Position numbers and translations under genes: made by a program. A stretch of DNA of 64,000 bases from a virus. Location of the stretch: IMG/VR virus record IMGVR_UViG_3300042330_000875, positions 82,078-146,077 of that record. One strand, given 5' to 3'. This document shows, in pieces, positions 29,537 to 38,584 of this stretch; position 1 is the stretch's first letter; each line of letters begins with the position of its first letter. The notes below the pieces were generated by a model, which saw only the letters and a program-made list of their open reading frames with translations, had not been told where the DNA came from and ran no database searches.

Positions 29537-29986
29537 ATGAAAGTTTATTATGCAGATGGTAGTTGTTTAAACAATCCTGGCGTTGGCGCATGGGGTTTTA
29601 CTGATTTAACCAATTCAACAGTTGGTAATGAAATTTATACAACAAATGGACGTATGGAATTAATGGCTGTAGTTGAATGTATAAATCAAATTACTGAAAA
29701 CAGTACGATTTATTCTGATAGCAGTTATGTTGTAAAAGGTTTTAATGAATACATACATAAGTGGAAAAATAATACTTGGAAGAAAAAAGGTGGACCAATT
29801 AAGCATTTAGATTTATGGATGATCGCTGACCGTAAATTAACGGAATTAAAAATTAAAAATATTTCTGTTGACGTTTGTTGGGTTAAAGGTCATGCTGATA
29901 ATTATGGTAATAATTTTATTGATCGTTTAGTTCAAGAAGAAAGTTTAAAAGTGAAAAATGGAAAATCGTTTTATATTAGAAAATAA
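29537..29986 (+). CDS. rnhA: Ribonuclease HI
   Basis: YADGSC..NPG, TTNGRMEL, IYSDSSY, WVKGHA...GN..ID. Confidence 0.93.
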   Translation: MKVYYADGSCLNNPGVGAWGFTDLTNSTVGNEIYTTNGRMELMAVVECINQITENSTIYSDSSYVVKGFNEYIHKWKNNTWKKKGGPIKHLDLWMIADRKLTELKIKNISVDVCWVKGHADNYGNNFIDRLVQEESLKVKNGKSFYIRK

Positions 29987-30284
29987 TTTACAAAAATATC
30001 TAAAAAATGAAAATTATTATTTTTTATATATTGTTAAAGGTAAAGGTGTTCTTTCTAATAATGAAGAATATTTATCTGATATATTAAAATATTCTTATGA
30101 TAATGTTTATTTTAATTGTGCTTGGTCTTTAATAGAAGACGAATTTAAAAATATATTGGATAAATATTTTCCAATGTTTGATATAAATAAAATTCAAAAA
30201 ATTTCTTTAATTAAAGAATATTATTTTATACCATTTATTGAATTAACTAATACCGATTATTGCATTTATAAATTACAAAATTAG
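29958..30284 (+). CDS. Hypothetical protein with shared C-terminal motif (family 2)
   Basis: Ends IELTNTDYCIYKLQN. Confidence 0.6.
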   Translation: MENRFILENNLQKYLKNENYYFLYIVKGKGVLSNNEEYLSDILKYSYDNVYFNCAWSLIEDEFKNILDKYFPMFDINKIQKISLIKEYYFIPFIELTNTDYCIYKLQN

Positions 30285-30293
30285 GAGAAAACA

Positions 30294-30722
30294 ATGATTA
30301 TTGAACAAATTAAAAATCAAGCTTTAGTTTTACGCAAAGAAAAAAATCGTTTAGGCGCAACATTAATGACTTTACTAAATGACATTAATATGATTGGAAA
30401 AAACGCAATTCCACCAAGAGAAAGCACTGATGAAGAAGCAGTTCGCGTAATTCGCAAAGCCATCCAAATTCAAGAAGAAAATTTAAAATTAGTTTCCGTT
30501 GATAAGAAAGCATCAATTGAAGAAGAAATTTCATTATTTCAAACATTTTTACCAAAACAATTAACTGTTGAACAATTACGTGAAATTATTGTTAATTTTA
30601 TTGAAAAAGAAAATTTAGAAAAATCACCTAAATCAATTGGGGTTATTATGAAAATGTTGAATAAAGATTATCTTGGTAGTTTTGAACCTAAAACGGCAAA
30701 TGAAATTATTAAGTCATTATAA
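30294..30722 (+). CDS. GatB/YqeY domain protein
   Basis: EEI......FLPKQLT.E.L......KSIGVIMK.L pattern. Confidence 0.85.
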   Translation: MIIEQIKNQALVLRKEKNRLGATLMTLLNDINMIGKNAIPPRESTDEEAVRVIRKAIQIQEENLKLVSVDKKASIEEEISLFQTFLPKQLTVEQLREIIVNFIEKENLEKSPKSIGVIMKMLNKDYLGSFEPKTANEIIKSL

Positions 30723-31048
30723 TGTATGTTTATTATATTGATGGGAAGAAATTTATAACTGAATATAATAGTGTAATTCCTTGGTTAGAAATTTATTCAC
30801 CTGATGAAAATACACCTGCTTATGAAGATTTAGAATATGGGTATAAGTGTTGGTATCAAAACGGTAAAAGACATCGATTGACTGGACCCGCAAGAATGTG
30901 GTCGGCTGGAAAAAAAGAATTTTGGTTAAATGATAAACATTATGAAAAGGTTCATAATTGGTTGAAAGATCACCCAAATCCCGATCTTTATTTTGATGCA
31001 ATTGGTTTAAATGAAACTGAAAGAGTTTTGTGGTTTTTGCAAAATTAA
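30722..31048 (+). CDS. HRLTGP-family paralog 6 (tail A)
   Basis: Family motifs; TAATG overlap with the yqeY stop. Confidence 0.85.
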   Translation: MYVYYIDGKKFITEYNSVIPWLEIYSPDENTPAYEDLEYGYKCWYQNGKRHRLTGPARMWSAGKKEFWLNDKHYEKVHNWLKDHPNPDLYFDAIGLNETERVLWFLQN

Positions 31049-31051
31049 TAC

Positions 31052-31080
31052 TTGACAGAAATCAAAAAAATTTCTATATT
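31052..31080 (+). promoter_or_regulatory. Phage early promoter TTGACA-N17-TATATT
   Basis: Begins 3 nt after the paralog 6 stop. Confidence 0.8.
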
Positions 31081-31128
31081 AGATTTATCAAGACGAGAAA
31101 GTCTCAATTGAACAAAGGAGAAAAAATT

Positions 31129-31312
31129 ATGAGCACGCAAAATAATGATTTTATTGATGGCGCAGTGGCTTGTAAAAGCGTAATTGTCGATCTTATTTGG
31201 AAACAAATGGAAACAAATGGAAACCGATGATAATCCCAATTTGCTACGTTTAGTTCGTTTAGTTGAAAATTTTAACGTTAATGAATTGCATAATGAAATA
31301 TCATCATTCTAA
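31129..31312 (+). pseudogene. Small early gene frameshifted by a 10-bp tandem duplication
   Basis: (TGGAAACAAA)x2.7 at 31198-31224; removing one unit gives a 57 aa ORF ending just before the terminator. Confidence 0.65.
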
Positions 31313-31317
31313 TAAAT

Positions 31318-31347
31318 AAAAGGGGGAGAATTAATTCTCCCCTTTTT
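31318..31347. terminator. Bidirectional terminator
   Basis: AAAAGGGGGAGAATTAATTCTCCCCTTTTT. Confidence 0.8.
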
Positions 31348-32115
31348 CTATCCAATTACAAATCCATATCCTTCATTTTGATCAACAATAGCATGTAATT
31401 GCGCTTCTAAACGCTCTTGTGCGGCAAATCCTTCACTTTTTAAACTATCACCATTTAATGTTATTCCGCCTTGTGGACCAGCTAAAGATTGAAATTTACT
31501 TCTAGCTTCCCCAATTATAACTTTTAATGTAGCAACCGCATAATCTCTCAACCAAGAACGAGCATAAACATCTTGAAATAAAATTTCATCTGGTTTTTGA
31601 CCAAATGCCCATATTAAAATATTTTCATTTGCTAAAAATTTTCTGTCTAAACTCAATATATGAGTATTATGGTCCCAGCGATAAACAACTTCTTTCCCAA
31701 ATAATCTACCAACTAATTCTTGATACTGCATTGCATAATCATAAGTTGCCAATGTACCAGTTCCGCCAGTTCCCATTGCGCCAGGATTGCTTGTCATATA
31801 AATGTTATTGGTCCAAGCTAAACTAAATGGATCAGTTGCACTTGCACCACCTGCACTACCAGCACCACGACGATAAACTTGACGAATTAATTGGATAGAA
31901 TTATCCAATTGATAATCATATTGTTCTCGTTGTATTTCTAAATTAATATAAACATCTTGCATTGAATTATTACTTCTTTGACGATATTTGTCAATTGTTA
32001 CAACCGTTGCTAATTCTAAATGTTCAGGATCAGCTTCTAAATCAATCATACCCAAACCCAACATAAGTTGAATTTCTTTTTTAAAGTTATTTCTATTTGG
32101 TTGCATTATTATCAC
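31348..32115 (-). CDS. Neck protein, T4 gp13-like
   Basis: LGLGMIDLE, WLRDYAVA..K...GEARSKF..LAGPQGGITLNG..LK.E. Confidence 0.85.
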   Translation of the reverse strand: MIIMQPNRNNFKKEIQLMLGLGMIDLEADPEHLELATVVTIDKYRQRSNNSMQDVYINLEIQREQYDYQLDNSIQLIRQVYRRGAGSAGGASATDPFSLAWTNNIYMTSNPGAMGTGGTGTLATYDYAMQYQELVGRLFGKEVVYRWDHNTHILSLDRKFLANENILIWAFGQKPDEILFQDVYARSWLRDYAVATLKVIIGEARSKFQSLAGPQGGITLNGDSLKSEGFAAQERLEAQLHAIVDQNEGYGFVIG

Positions 32116-33067
32116 CTATAAATTGACGTTCAAAAACTCTTTTACCACAATATTTTTGGCAAATTTTGCTAATTGAAAATTGTTCTTGAATTTTTTTAAA
32201 AACATTTCCATTTACAATTTGTTCAATAGAATTATTTTCTACATTTAATTCTTGTAATTCTTCATTGGAAAAAGAAAATCTTTTGTCTAAACTTAATCCC
32301 ATCCAACAACAAGGAAAAATTCTATTCCAACTGTCAAGATATAATTCTTGTTTTTCTAAACTTTGGCAACTAAATTCTCGTTCTTTAAAATTATTTGGTA
32401 ATTCAATTGTTGGTAATTCTAAATAGCCAATTGTATTTTTTTCATTATCAAAAATAGGAAATTTATCTTCTGAAAATCTATGAGTATTTTTAACAACGAA
32501 TTTTTTAAATCCTAAGTCAATGGATAAATTTCTTGCTGATTCAATTTGATGTTGATTATGTTTAAAAACAATAAACGCCCATCTTGCTTCGCAATTGTTT
32601 TTTATAACAGTTTTTGCGTTTTCTATTACTTTATCAAAGTCGCAATTTCTTCTGTAAATTGGCAAGGTATCTTTTAATCCATCAATTCCAAAAATAACAG
32701 CGCCACGATTTCCAATTGATTGTGCCAAATCTTCCCACCAATTTTCATTTCTAATCGACCCATTGGTATGAATACCAATCCAACAATTGGGAAATAATTC
32801 TCTTGTTATTTTTATTTGTTCAATTAAATGAGGGTTAGCAATTGGATCGCCATAATTACCACAAAAAGTAATTGTTTCTAACTGCATTTGACTAATAGTT
32901 TTTTTAAAAATATCAAATGATAAATTACTTGGAATTAATTTATCATTTATTGGTCCGCCATTTTGATTTCTTCCACATTGAACACAACTAGCATTGCAAA
33001 AACTACTTGTTTCAACATGAAGTGATTTAATATTATTCCACATGTTATTATTTAAATGTCTTGACAA
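32093..33067 (-). CDS. Radical SAM protein with SPASM/twitch domain
   Basis: CNASCVQC (CxxxCxxC), CGNYGDP, HTNG, FGIDG, C-terminal C...PCC...CQKYC. Confidence 0.9.
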   Translation of the reverse strand: MSRHLNNNMWNNIKSLHVETSSFCNASCVQCGRNQNGGPINDKLIPSNLSFDIFKKTISQMQLETITFCGNYGDPIANPHLIEQIKITRELFPNCWIGIHTNGSIRNENWWEDLAQSIGNRGAVIFGIDGLKDTLPIYRRNCDFDKVIENAKTVIKNNCEARWAFIVFKHNQHQIESARNLSIDLGFKKFVVKNTHRFSEDKFPIFDNEKNTIGYLELPTIELPNNFKEREFSCQSLEKQELYLDSWNRIFPCCWMGLSLDKRFSFSNEELQELNVENNSIEQIVNGNVFKKIQEQFSISKICQKYCGKRVFERQFIGDNNATK

Positions 33068-33089
33068 ATTATAAAAAATTTTCTATATT
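33061..33089 (+). promoter_or_regulatory. Phage early promoter TTGACA-N17-TATATT
   Basis: Consensus boxes; AAAATTTTCT before -10. Confidence 0.75.
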
Positions 33090-33115
33090 AAGCTTGTTAT
33101 ATAAGGAGATTTAAT

Positions 33116-33782
33116 ATGTCTAAGAAAAATAAGAAAGAAGTATTGTTGCCATTAACAACGCAACAAGAAATTCTTTTAGATAATCTACAAAATTCTAAAT
33201 ATCTTCGTTTGGATACACAAGAAGATATTGAAAATTTTTATGTATTAGTTAGTCATAAGTTAGCTTATACTGATTATACAGAATCAAAAGTTTTTCCTGA
33301 TAAAGTTTGTCGTATTTCTGCGGTAGTAGCAAAATCAGTTTATGCTCCTAAATCTGTACCAGAAATAAAGCCTTTTAGGTATCCAGTTGGGACAAAAGTT
33401 AAAACTAAACGTCATCGACATGGATATGAAGAAATTTATGGAGTAATTTGTTATTTTGATAATTCAGGTTATGGTATCAGAGACAAAGATAATAATATCT
33501 ATGAATGTAAACATAAAGATTTAATTATTCTTGAATAATTACATTAATGTTAGAAAGAATTTTACAATGAAACATGCAATGACATTGCAAGAAGCACAAA
33601 ATATTTGTTTCAAGAATGGATATTATGGTTCGTATTATGGTTCTGGTTATACGTTTCGTAATGCAATTGAAAATTATTGCAAACAAAAATTATTGCGCGA
33701 TAGTAATAATGAATTAGAAAAAGCTATTTTTCGTATTAAACAAGAGATTAGTAATCCAAAGAGTAAATTCGGTAAAAAATAA
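33116..33782 (+). CDS. Two hypothetical proteins (33116-33538, 33531-33782)
   Basis: AAGGAG RBS; first has an SH3-like YPVGTKV C-terminal pattern. Confidence 0.55.
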
Positions 33783-33837
33783 AAAACTATTTAGGTAAAC
33801 GGTTGACATAAAGACAAATTTTAAGTAAGATGATAAT

Positions 33838-34215
33838 ATGAATAAATTTATACAAAAAATAAAATCATTTTTTATTAAACAAAAAAGATATATTTATTAC
33901 GTAGATGGTGAAAAATTTACAACTAATAAAATCACTACAATTCCTTGGTTTAAACATTCTTCACCTAATGAAAACACGCCTGCTTTTGAGGATTTAAAAA
34001 CTGGTCATAAACATTGGTGTTTAGAAGGACATATTCTTCATCGCTTAACAGGCCCTGTTTCCATTTTATCAGATGGAACTAAAACATTTTATGTAAATGG
34101 TAAAACATATGACAATGTTCAAGATTGGTTAAAAGATCATCCAAATCCAGATTTATACTTCGATGCAATTGGGATGAATGAAACCGATAGAGTTTTATGG
34201 TTTTTACAGAAATAA
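33838..34215 (+). CDS. HRLTGP-family paralog 7 (tail A, basic N-terminal extension)
   Basis: Family motifs; ends ETDRVLWFLQK. Confidence 0.85.
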   Translation: MNKFIQKIKSFFIKQKRYIYYVDGEKFTTNKITTIPWFKHSSPNENTPAFEDLKTGHKHWCLEGHILHRLTGPVSILSDGTKTFYVNGKTYDNVQDWLKDHPNPDLYFDAIGMNETDRVLWFLQK

Positions 34216-34219
34216 AAAA

Positions 34220-34528
34220 ATGAAATATATTTATTATATTGATGGTGAAAAGTTTCTAACTGATATTAGAAAACTAATCCCTTGGGATGTTATTTCATCA
34301 CCAAATGAAAATACGCCCGCTTATGAAGATATTAATACTGGAAGTAAGGCTTGGTGTGAAAAAGGACAAATTTTACATCGATTAACTGGACCTGCTAGAA
34401 TTATGGTTGATGGAACTTGTCAATTTTATTTAAATGGAAAATATTATGAAAATATACATGATTGGTTGAAAGATCATCCAAATCAAGATAATACCTTTCA
34501 AGTTGAAATGTTATTAAAATATTCTTAA
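34220..34528 (+). CDS. HRLTGP-family paralog 8 (tail B)
   Basis: Start at ATG 34220 (MKYIYYIDGEKF); HPNQDNTFQVEMLLKYS. Confidence 0.85.
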   Translation: MKYIYYIDGEKFLTDIRKLIPWDVISSPNENTPAYEDINTGSKAWCEKGQILHRLTGPARIMVDGTCQFYLNGKYYENIHDWLKDHPNQDNTFQVEMLLKYS

Positions 34529-34538
34529 TAAATACAAT

Positions 34539-34790
34539 ATGTTTTACGAAGTAATTTTTCATCCAACTCAAATTGAACTAAAATCAATTTCTCCAACTGA
34601 TTTTTATTTTTATCCTTATGCATTATTCAATATAACGCATCAAAAACATTTAATAAATCAATATAGAAAAATCGATTATGATTTAAGTTTTCTTAATCAA
34701 TCAATTTCTTTATGGTTTTCTAAAAAAGGCAATTCAGTAATTTATTGGTTAAATCCAACTGATGAAGTTTTATGGAAATTAAAAAATTGA
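34539..34790 (+). CDS. Hypothetical protein with shared C-terminal motif
   Basis: Ends YWLNPTDEVLWKLKN. Confidence 0.6.
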   Translation: MFYEVIFHPTQIELKSISPTDFYFYPYALFNITHQKHLINQYRKIDYDLSFLNQSISLWFSKKGNSVIYWLNPTDEVLWKLKN

Positions 34791-34824
34791 TTTTAACATA
34801 ACTTTTAGTTATTATTAAGAAAAA

Positions 34825-36138
34825 TTGAAGGTAACAAATCAAATGAAATTATTTATAGGATTACTTATAATATTAATGAGCGTAATTATCAGTGGAGTTG
34901 CAGCTTATTTTAGTGTTTATGGATTAATGGCTTTATTTGCCGCTGCTGCAATTCCAGTAGCAATCATGGGTGTTGTATTAGAAGCAGGTAAATTATTAAT
35001 GGCTGCGGTTTTACATGCCAATTGGAAAAACCCTAAATTCAAATGGCCGTTGAAAAGTTTTATTGGTTTATGTATTGGATTATTGATGATTATCAATGCT
35101 TTAGGTGTTTATGGTTATTTGTCAAGAGGGCATTTAGAGCAAGAAGCACCAAAAGCTGGTATTGAATTACAAATTTCACAATTAGAAACACAAAAAAATA
35201 ATATAGTAGAAGACAATAAAAGATTAAATGATAAAATTGCTTTACTTGATAAATCAATTGAAACTTTTTTGAAAAATGATAAAGCAACTCAAGGTGAAGC
35301 GGCAAGAACAAAACAAAAAATCGAACGTGAACAATTAGAAAAATCAATTCAAGCGAATAATGAAAAAATTAATAAAATAAATGATGAAATTTTACCATTT
35401 AAACAAAAAAATGCTGATGTTGAGGCTAAATTAGGACCAGTAAAATATGTTTCTAAATTATTTGGTGTTGAACCTGAATATGCAGTTATAATAATAATTG
35501 TATTATTAATTGTTGCTTTTGATCCATTTGCAATAGCAATGGTGATAGCAGGCAGTATTAAATTAGAAGAATATTTTGAAGATAAAAAGAAAAAAGTTTC
35601 AAAACAAGAAATTAATCAATTTGAACAAACAATCGACAGTTTAAAATTATCATTAGAAGATAAAAATAATGAAATTAAAACATTAACTGATAATTTAAAT
35701 GAAATAAAAGAAGAAAAAATAAAATATTCTGATTTATTAAATCATCGTTCAATTGAAATTAGTGAATTGCAAGATAAAATAAAAGAATATGATAAAAATG
35801 TCGATGTTTTTTCTCAAGAATTTAATGATAAAGAAAGTTTAAATGAAAAAATAGAAAATTATTCTAATGAAATCAATACATTAAAAAATAATATTAACGA
35901 TTTAGATAAAATTATTTTAGATAAAGATGAACAGATAGAAAAATTAGAAGATCAAGTTAATAGAATGAATTCAGTAACATTATTGCAAGAATTGCAATCA
36001 ATGGATGCGTCATTAAGAAAGGAACAAATCATTCAGATATTAGAAAATAATCCAACTGTTGTAGAAGAAATAGTTAACATTGCCAAAGAAATACAATTAA
36101 CTCCCGGTGGTGATAGAATTAGTAAAGGAAAAATTTAA
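34825..36138 (+). CDS. Multi-TM membrane protein with long coiled coils
   Basis: AAYFSVYGL, LEAGKL, GVYGYLSRGH, LGPVKY, FDPFA; heptad-rich regions. Confidence 0.7.
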   Translation: MKVTNQMKLFIGLLIILMSVIISGVAAYFSVYGLMALFAAAAIPVAIMGVVLEAGKLLMAAVLHANWKNPKFKWPLKSFIGLCIGLLMIINALGVYGYLSRGHLEQEAPKAGIELQISQLETQKNNIVEDNKRLNDKIALLDKSIETFLKNDKATQGEAARTKQKIEREQLEKSIQANNEKINKINDEILPFKQKNADVEAKLGPVKYVSKLFGVEPEYAVIIIIVLLIVAFDPFAIAMVIAGSIKLEEYFEDKKKKVSKQEINQFEQTIDSLKLSLEDKNNEIKTLTDNLNEIKEEKIKYSDLLNHRSIEISELQDKIKEYDKNVDVFSQEFNDKESLNEKIENYSNEINTLKNNINDLDKIILDKDEQIEKLEDQVNRMNSVTLLQELQSMDASLRKEQIIQILENNPTVVEEIVNIAKEIQLTPGGDRISKGKI

Positions 36139-37382
36139 TGTCAACAATTCAATGTTTTTTATGTGGTAAAATACAAAATGATAATAAAGAAATATTTGTT
36201 TGTAACGAATCATCTGAAAGTCCAGTATATATATGCGAAACATGTGTAACAACGGCCAATCAAGCAATTCAAGCATCAAAAGAAACCAAACACGAAAATA
36301 AGCAAGAAATTAGTGAACAAACCGATGAAATCGATGAATTAGAAGAAGATGATTTTCCTTATCCAAATGAAATTAAAGAATTTTTAGATGAATATGTTTG
36401 TGGACAAGAAGAAGCTAAAAAAACCTTATCAGTTGCTTTATTCAATCATCACAATAGAATTCGATCTTTAATGATGGGCCAAGAAACAGAAATTGAGAAA
36501 TCAAATGTATTATTATTAGGCCCAAGTGGTTCAGGAAAAACTTATTTGTTAAAAACATTATCTCGTATGTTGGATTTGCCTTTTGTTCATGTTGATGCTA
36601 CTTCATTTACCGAAGCTGGTTATGTAGGTGAAGATGTAGAAAGTATCATTAATAAACTTTATCAAGAAGCAGGTGGTGATGCTGGATTAGCATCTTTAGG
36701 TATTGTTTATATTGATGAAATTGATAAAAAAGCAAAAAAATCATCTGATAATATTGTTTCAAAAGATATTGGTGGTGAAGGTGTTCAACAATCATTATTG
36801 AAATTAATTGAAGGAACTGCTGTAAACGTTCACATGGGTAAAGGAAAAATGCCTCAAGGACCACAAGCGGTTGTACATACTGATAATATATTATTTGTAT
36901 TTGGTGGTGCATTTGTTGGGTTAAAGAAAATTATTGAACGTAGAATTAATAAAGGTAATATTGGTTTTAACCAAACTAAAGAAGAAATAACAACCGATAA
37001 AATTCAAATTGAAGATTTATATACTTTTGGATTAATACCAGAATTAGTCGGAAGAATTCCGGTTATTGCTGAATTAAAAGCATTAAATGAAAGTGAATTA
37101 AAAAATATTTTAACTAAACCAAAAAATTGTTTAGTTGATCAATATAAAGCTATCTTTGAAATTCACGATTTAAAATTAAAATTTACTGATAATGCATTAA
37201 CTTTAATTGCAAAAGAAGCAATTAAAACAAACACAGGGGCTAGAAGTTTACGTAGAATTATGGAAAAAATTTTAGAACCTATTTTATATGATTTACAAAA
37301 CATTGTTGACAAAGGCTTTAAAACTGTTATAGTCAACGAAGAAACAATTACAAACTTTAAACCTATTTTAAAACGGAGATAA
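36138..37382 (+). CDS. clpX: ClpX AAA+ unfoldase
   Basis: Zn finger CFLC/CETC, GQEEAKK, KSNVLLLGPSGSGKT, TEAGYVGEDVE, DEIDK, GEGVQQSLLK, IGF loop, TGARSLR. Confidence 0.95.
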   Translation: MSTIQCFLCGKIQNDNKEIFVCNESSESPVYICETCVTTANQAIQASKETKHENKQEISEQTDEIDELEEDDFPYPNEIKEFLDEYVCGQEEAKKTLSVALFNHHNRIRSLMMGQETEIEKSNVLLLGPSGSGKTYLLKTLSRMLDLPFVHVDATSFTEAGYVGEDVESIINKLYQEAGGDAGLASLGIVYIDEIDKKAKKSSDNIVSKDIGGEGVQQSLLKLIEGTAVNVHMGKGKMPQGPQAVVHTDNILFVFGGAFVGLKKIIERRINKGNIGFNQTKEEITTDKIQIEDLYTFGLIPELVGRIPVIAELKALNESELKNILTKPKNCLVDQYKAIFEIHDLKLKFTDNALTLIAKEAIKTNTGARSLRRIMEKILEPILYDLQNIVDKGFKTVIVNEETITNFKPILKRR

Positions 37383-37383
37383 C

Positions 37384-37902
37384 TTGAGTAAAATTATTAA
37401 TGAAGATATTCGTTCCTATCGTGTGCTTTTAATTGACGAAAATGGAACTAAACTTGGTGAATTTAATCGTAATGCTGCAATCCAAATGGCTTATGAAAAA
37501 AATTTAGATTTAGTTCAAATTTCAATTGGACCAAACGAAATTCCAGTAACAAAAATGCTTGATGCTGGAAAGTATTTTTATGAAAAAGAAAAAACTTTTA
37601 AAGCACAACGATCAGCACAACGCGCAAAAGAAATTCAATTAAAAGAAATTCAATTGCGTCCTGTAACTGATACTGGTGATTTAAATGTCAAAGCCAATCG
37701 CACAAAAGAATTTCTATCAGTTGGAGATTTAGTTAAAATTGTCATGCGTTTTAAAGGGCGTGAACAAAGTAATAAAGCAGTTGGCTTCGATACAATGCAA
37801 GAATTTATCGATTTGATTCCCAATAATCTTTATACAGTTGAACAACAATTACAAGATTCAGGAAAACAAATTATTGTTGTATTAAAAGGCATCAAACAAT
37901 AA
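37384..37902 (+). CDS. infC: Translation initiation factor IF-3
   Basis: INEDI, LDLVQI, PVTKMLDAGKY, KEIQLRP, VKIVMRFKGRE; TTG start after GGAG. Confidence 0.93.
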   Translation: MSKIINEDIRSYRVLLIDENGTKLGEFNRNAAIQMAYEKNLDLVQISIGPNEIPVTKMLDAGKYFYEKEKTFKAQRSAQRAKEIQLKEIQLRPVTDTGDLNVKANRTKEFLSVGDLVKIVMRFKGREQSNKAVGFDTMQEFIDLIPNNLYTVEQQLQDSGKQIIVVLKGIKQ

Positions 37903-38238
37903 TTGGCTTATATTTATTATGTTGATGGTGAAAAATTTACAACCGATGATTACGATGAAGTTCCTAAGTATGATGTTTCTTCACCTGATGAAAATACGCC
38001 AGCTTATGAAAGTTTAGAAATTGGAACAAAAGTTTGGTGTAAAAAAGGTTGGCGTTTGTATAGATTAATTGGTCCCGCCGTTGTTTATATAAATGGTGAT
38101 TATAATTTTTGGTTAGATGGAAAATATTATGGAAAAGATATCAATGCTTGGTTAAAAAATCATCCAAATCCAGATATTTATTTCGATGCAATTGGTTTAA
38201 GTGAAACCGAACGAGTTTTGTGGTTTTTGCAAAATTAA
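37903..38238 (+). CDS. HRLTGP-family paralog 9 (tail A)
   Basis: Abuts the infC stop (TAA-TTG); ends ETERVLWFLQN. Confidence 0.85.
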   Translation: MAYIYYVDGEKFTTDDYDEVPKYDVSSPDENTPAYESLEIGTKVWCKKGWRLYRLIGPAVVYINGDYNFWLDGKYYGKDINAWLKNHPNPDIYFDAIGLSETERVLWFLQN

Positions 38239-38241
38239 TCA

Positions 38242-38270
38242 TTGACAAAAATCAGAAAATTTTCTATATT
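38242..38270 (+). promoter_or_regulatory. Phage early promoter TTGACA-N17-TATATT
   Basis: TTGACAAAAATCAGAAAATTTTCTATATT, 3 nt after the paralog 9 stop. Confidence 0.8.
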
Positions 38271-38298
38271 AGTTTATCAAATAATGTAAACAAGGAGA

Positions 38299-38496
38299 AT
38301 GTTTATGGATGACTCAACATTTAAAAATATTTTTCAGAAAATTAACGATTATTTAGATGGTTATCCATTTCATAAAAAACTGCGTTTGCTTCAATTAATT
38401 TTAGATAATAATGGCAAATTATCGGAAAATGATAGCTTATTATTCTCCGATCTTTCTAATGAGCAAATCTCATACATAGAAAATTTAATTGAATAA
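38299..38496 (+). CDS. Small hypothetical protein (early cassette)
   Basis: AAGGAG RBS; terminator at 38499-38528. Confidence 0.55.
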   Translation: MFMDDSTFKNIFQKINDYLDGYPFHKKLRLLQLILDNNGKLSENDSLLFSDLSNEQISYIENLIE

Positions 38497-38584
38497 CTAA
38501 AGAGGGGAATTAAATTCCTCTCTTTTTTCTTGCGTTTTATATAAACTATGTTAAACTCTTATTATTAACAAAGGAGTTTAAACA

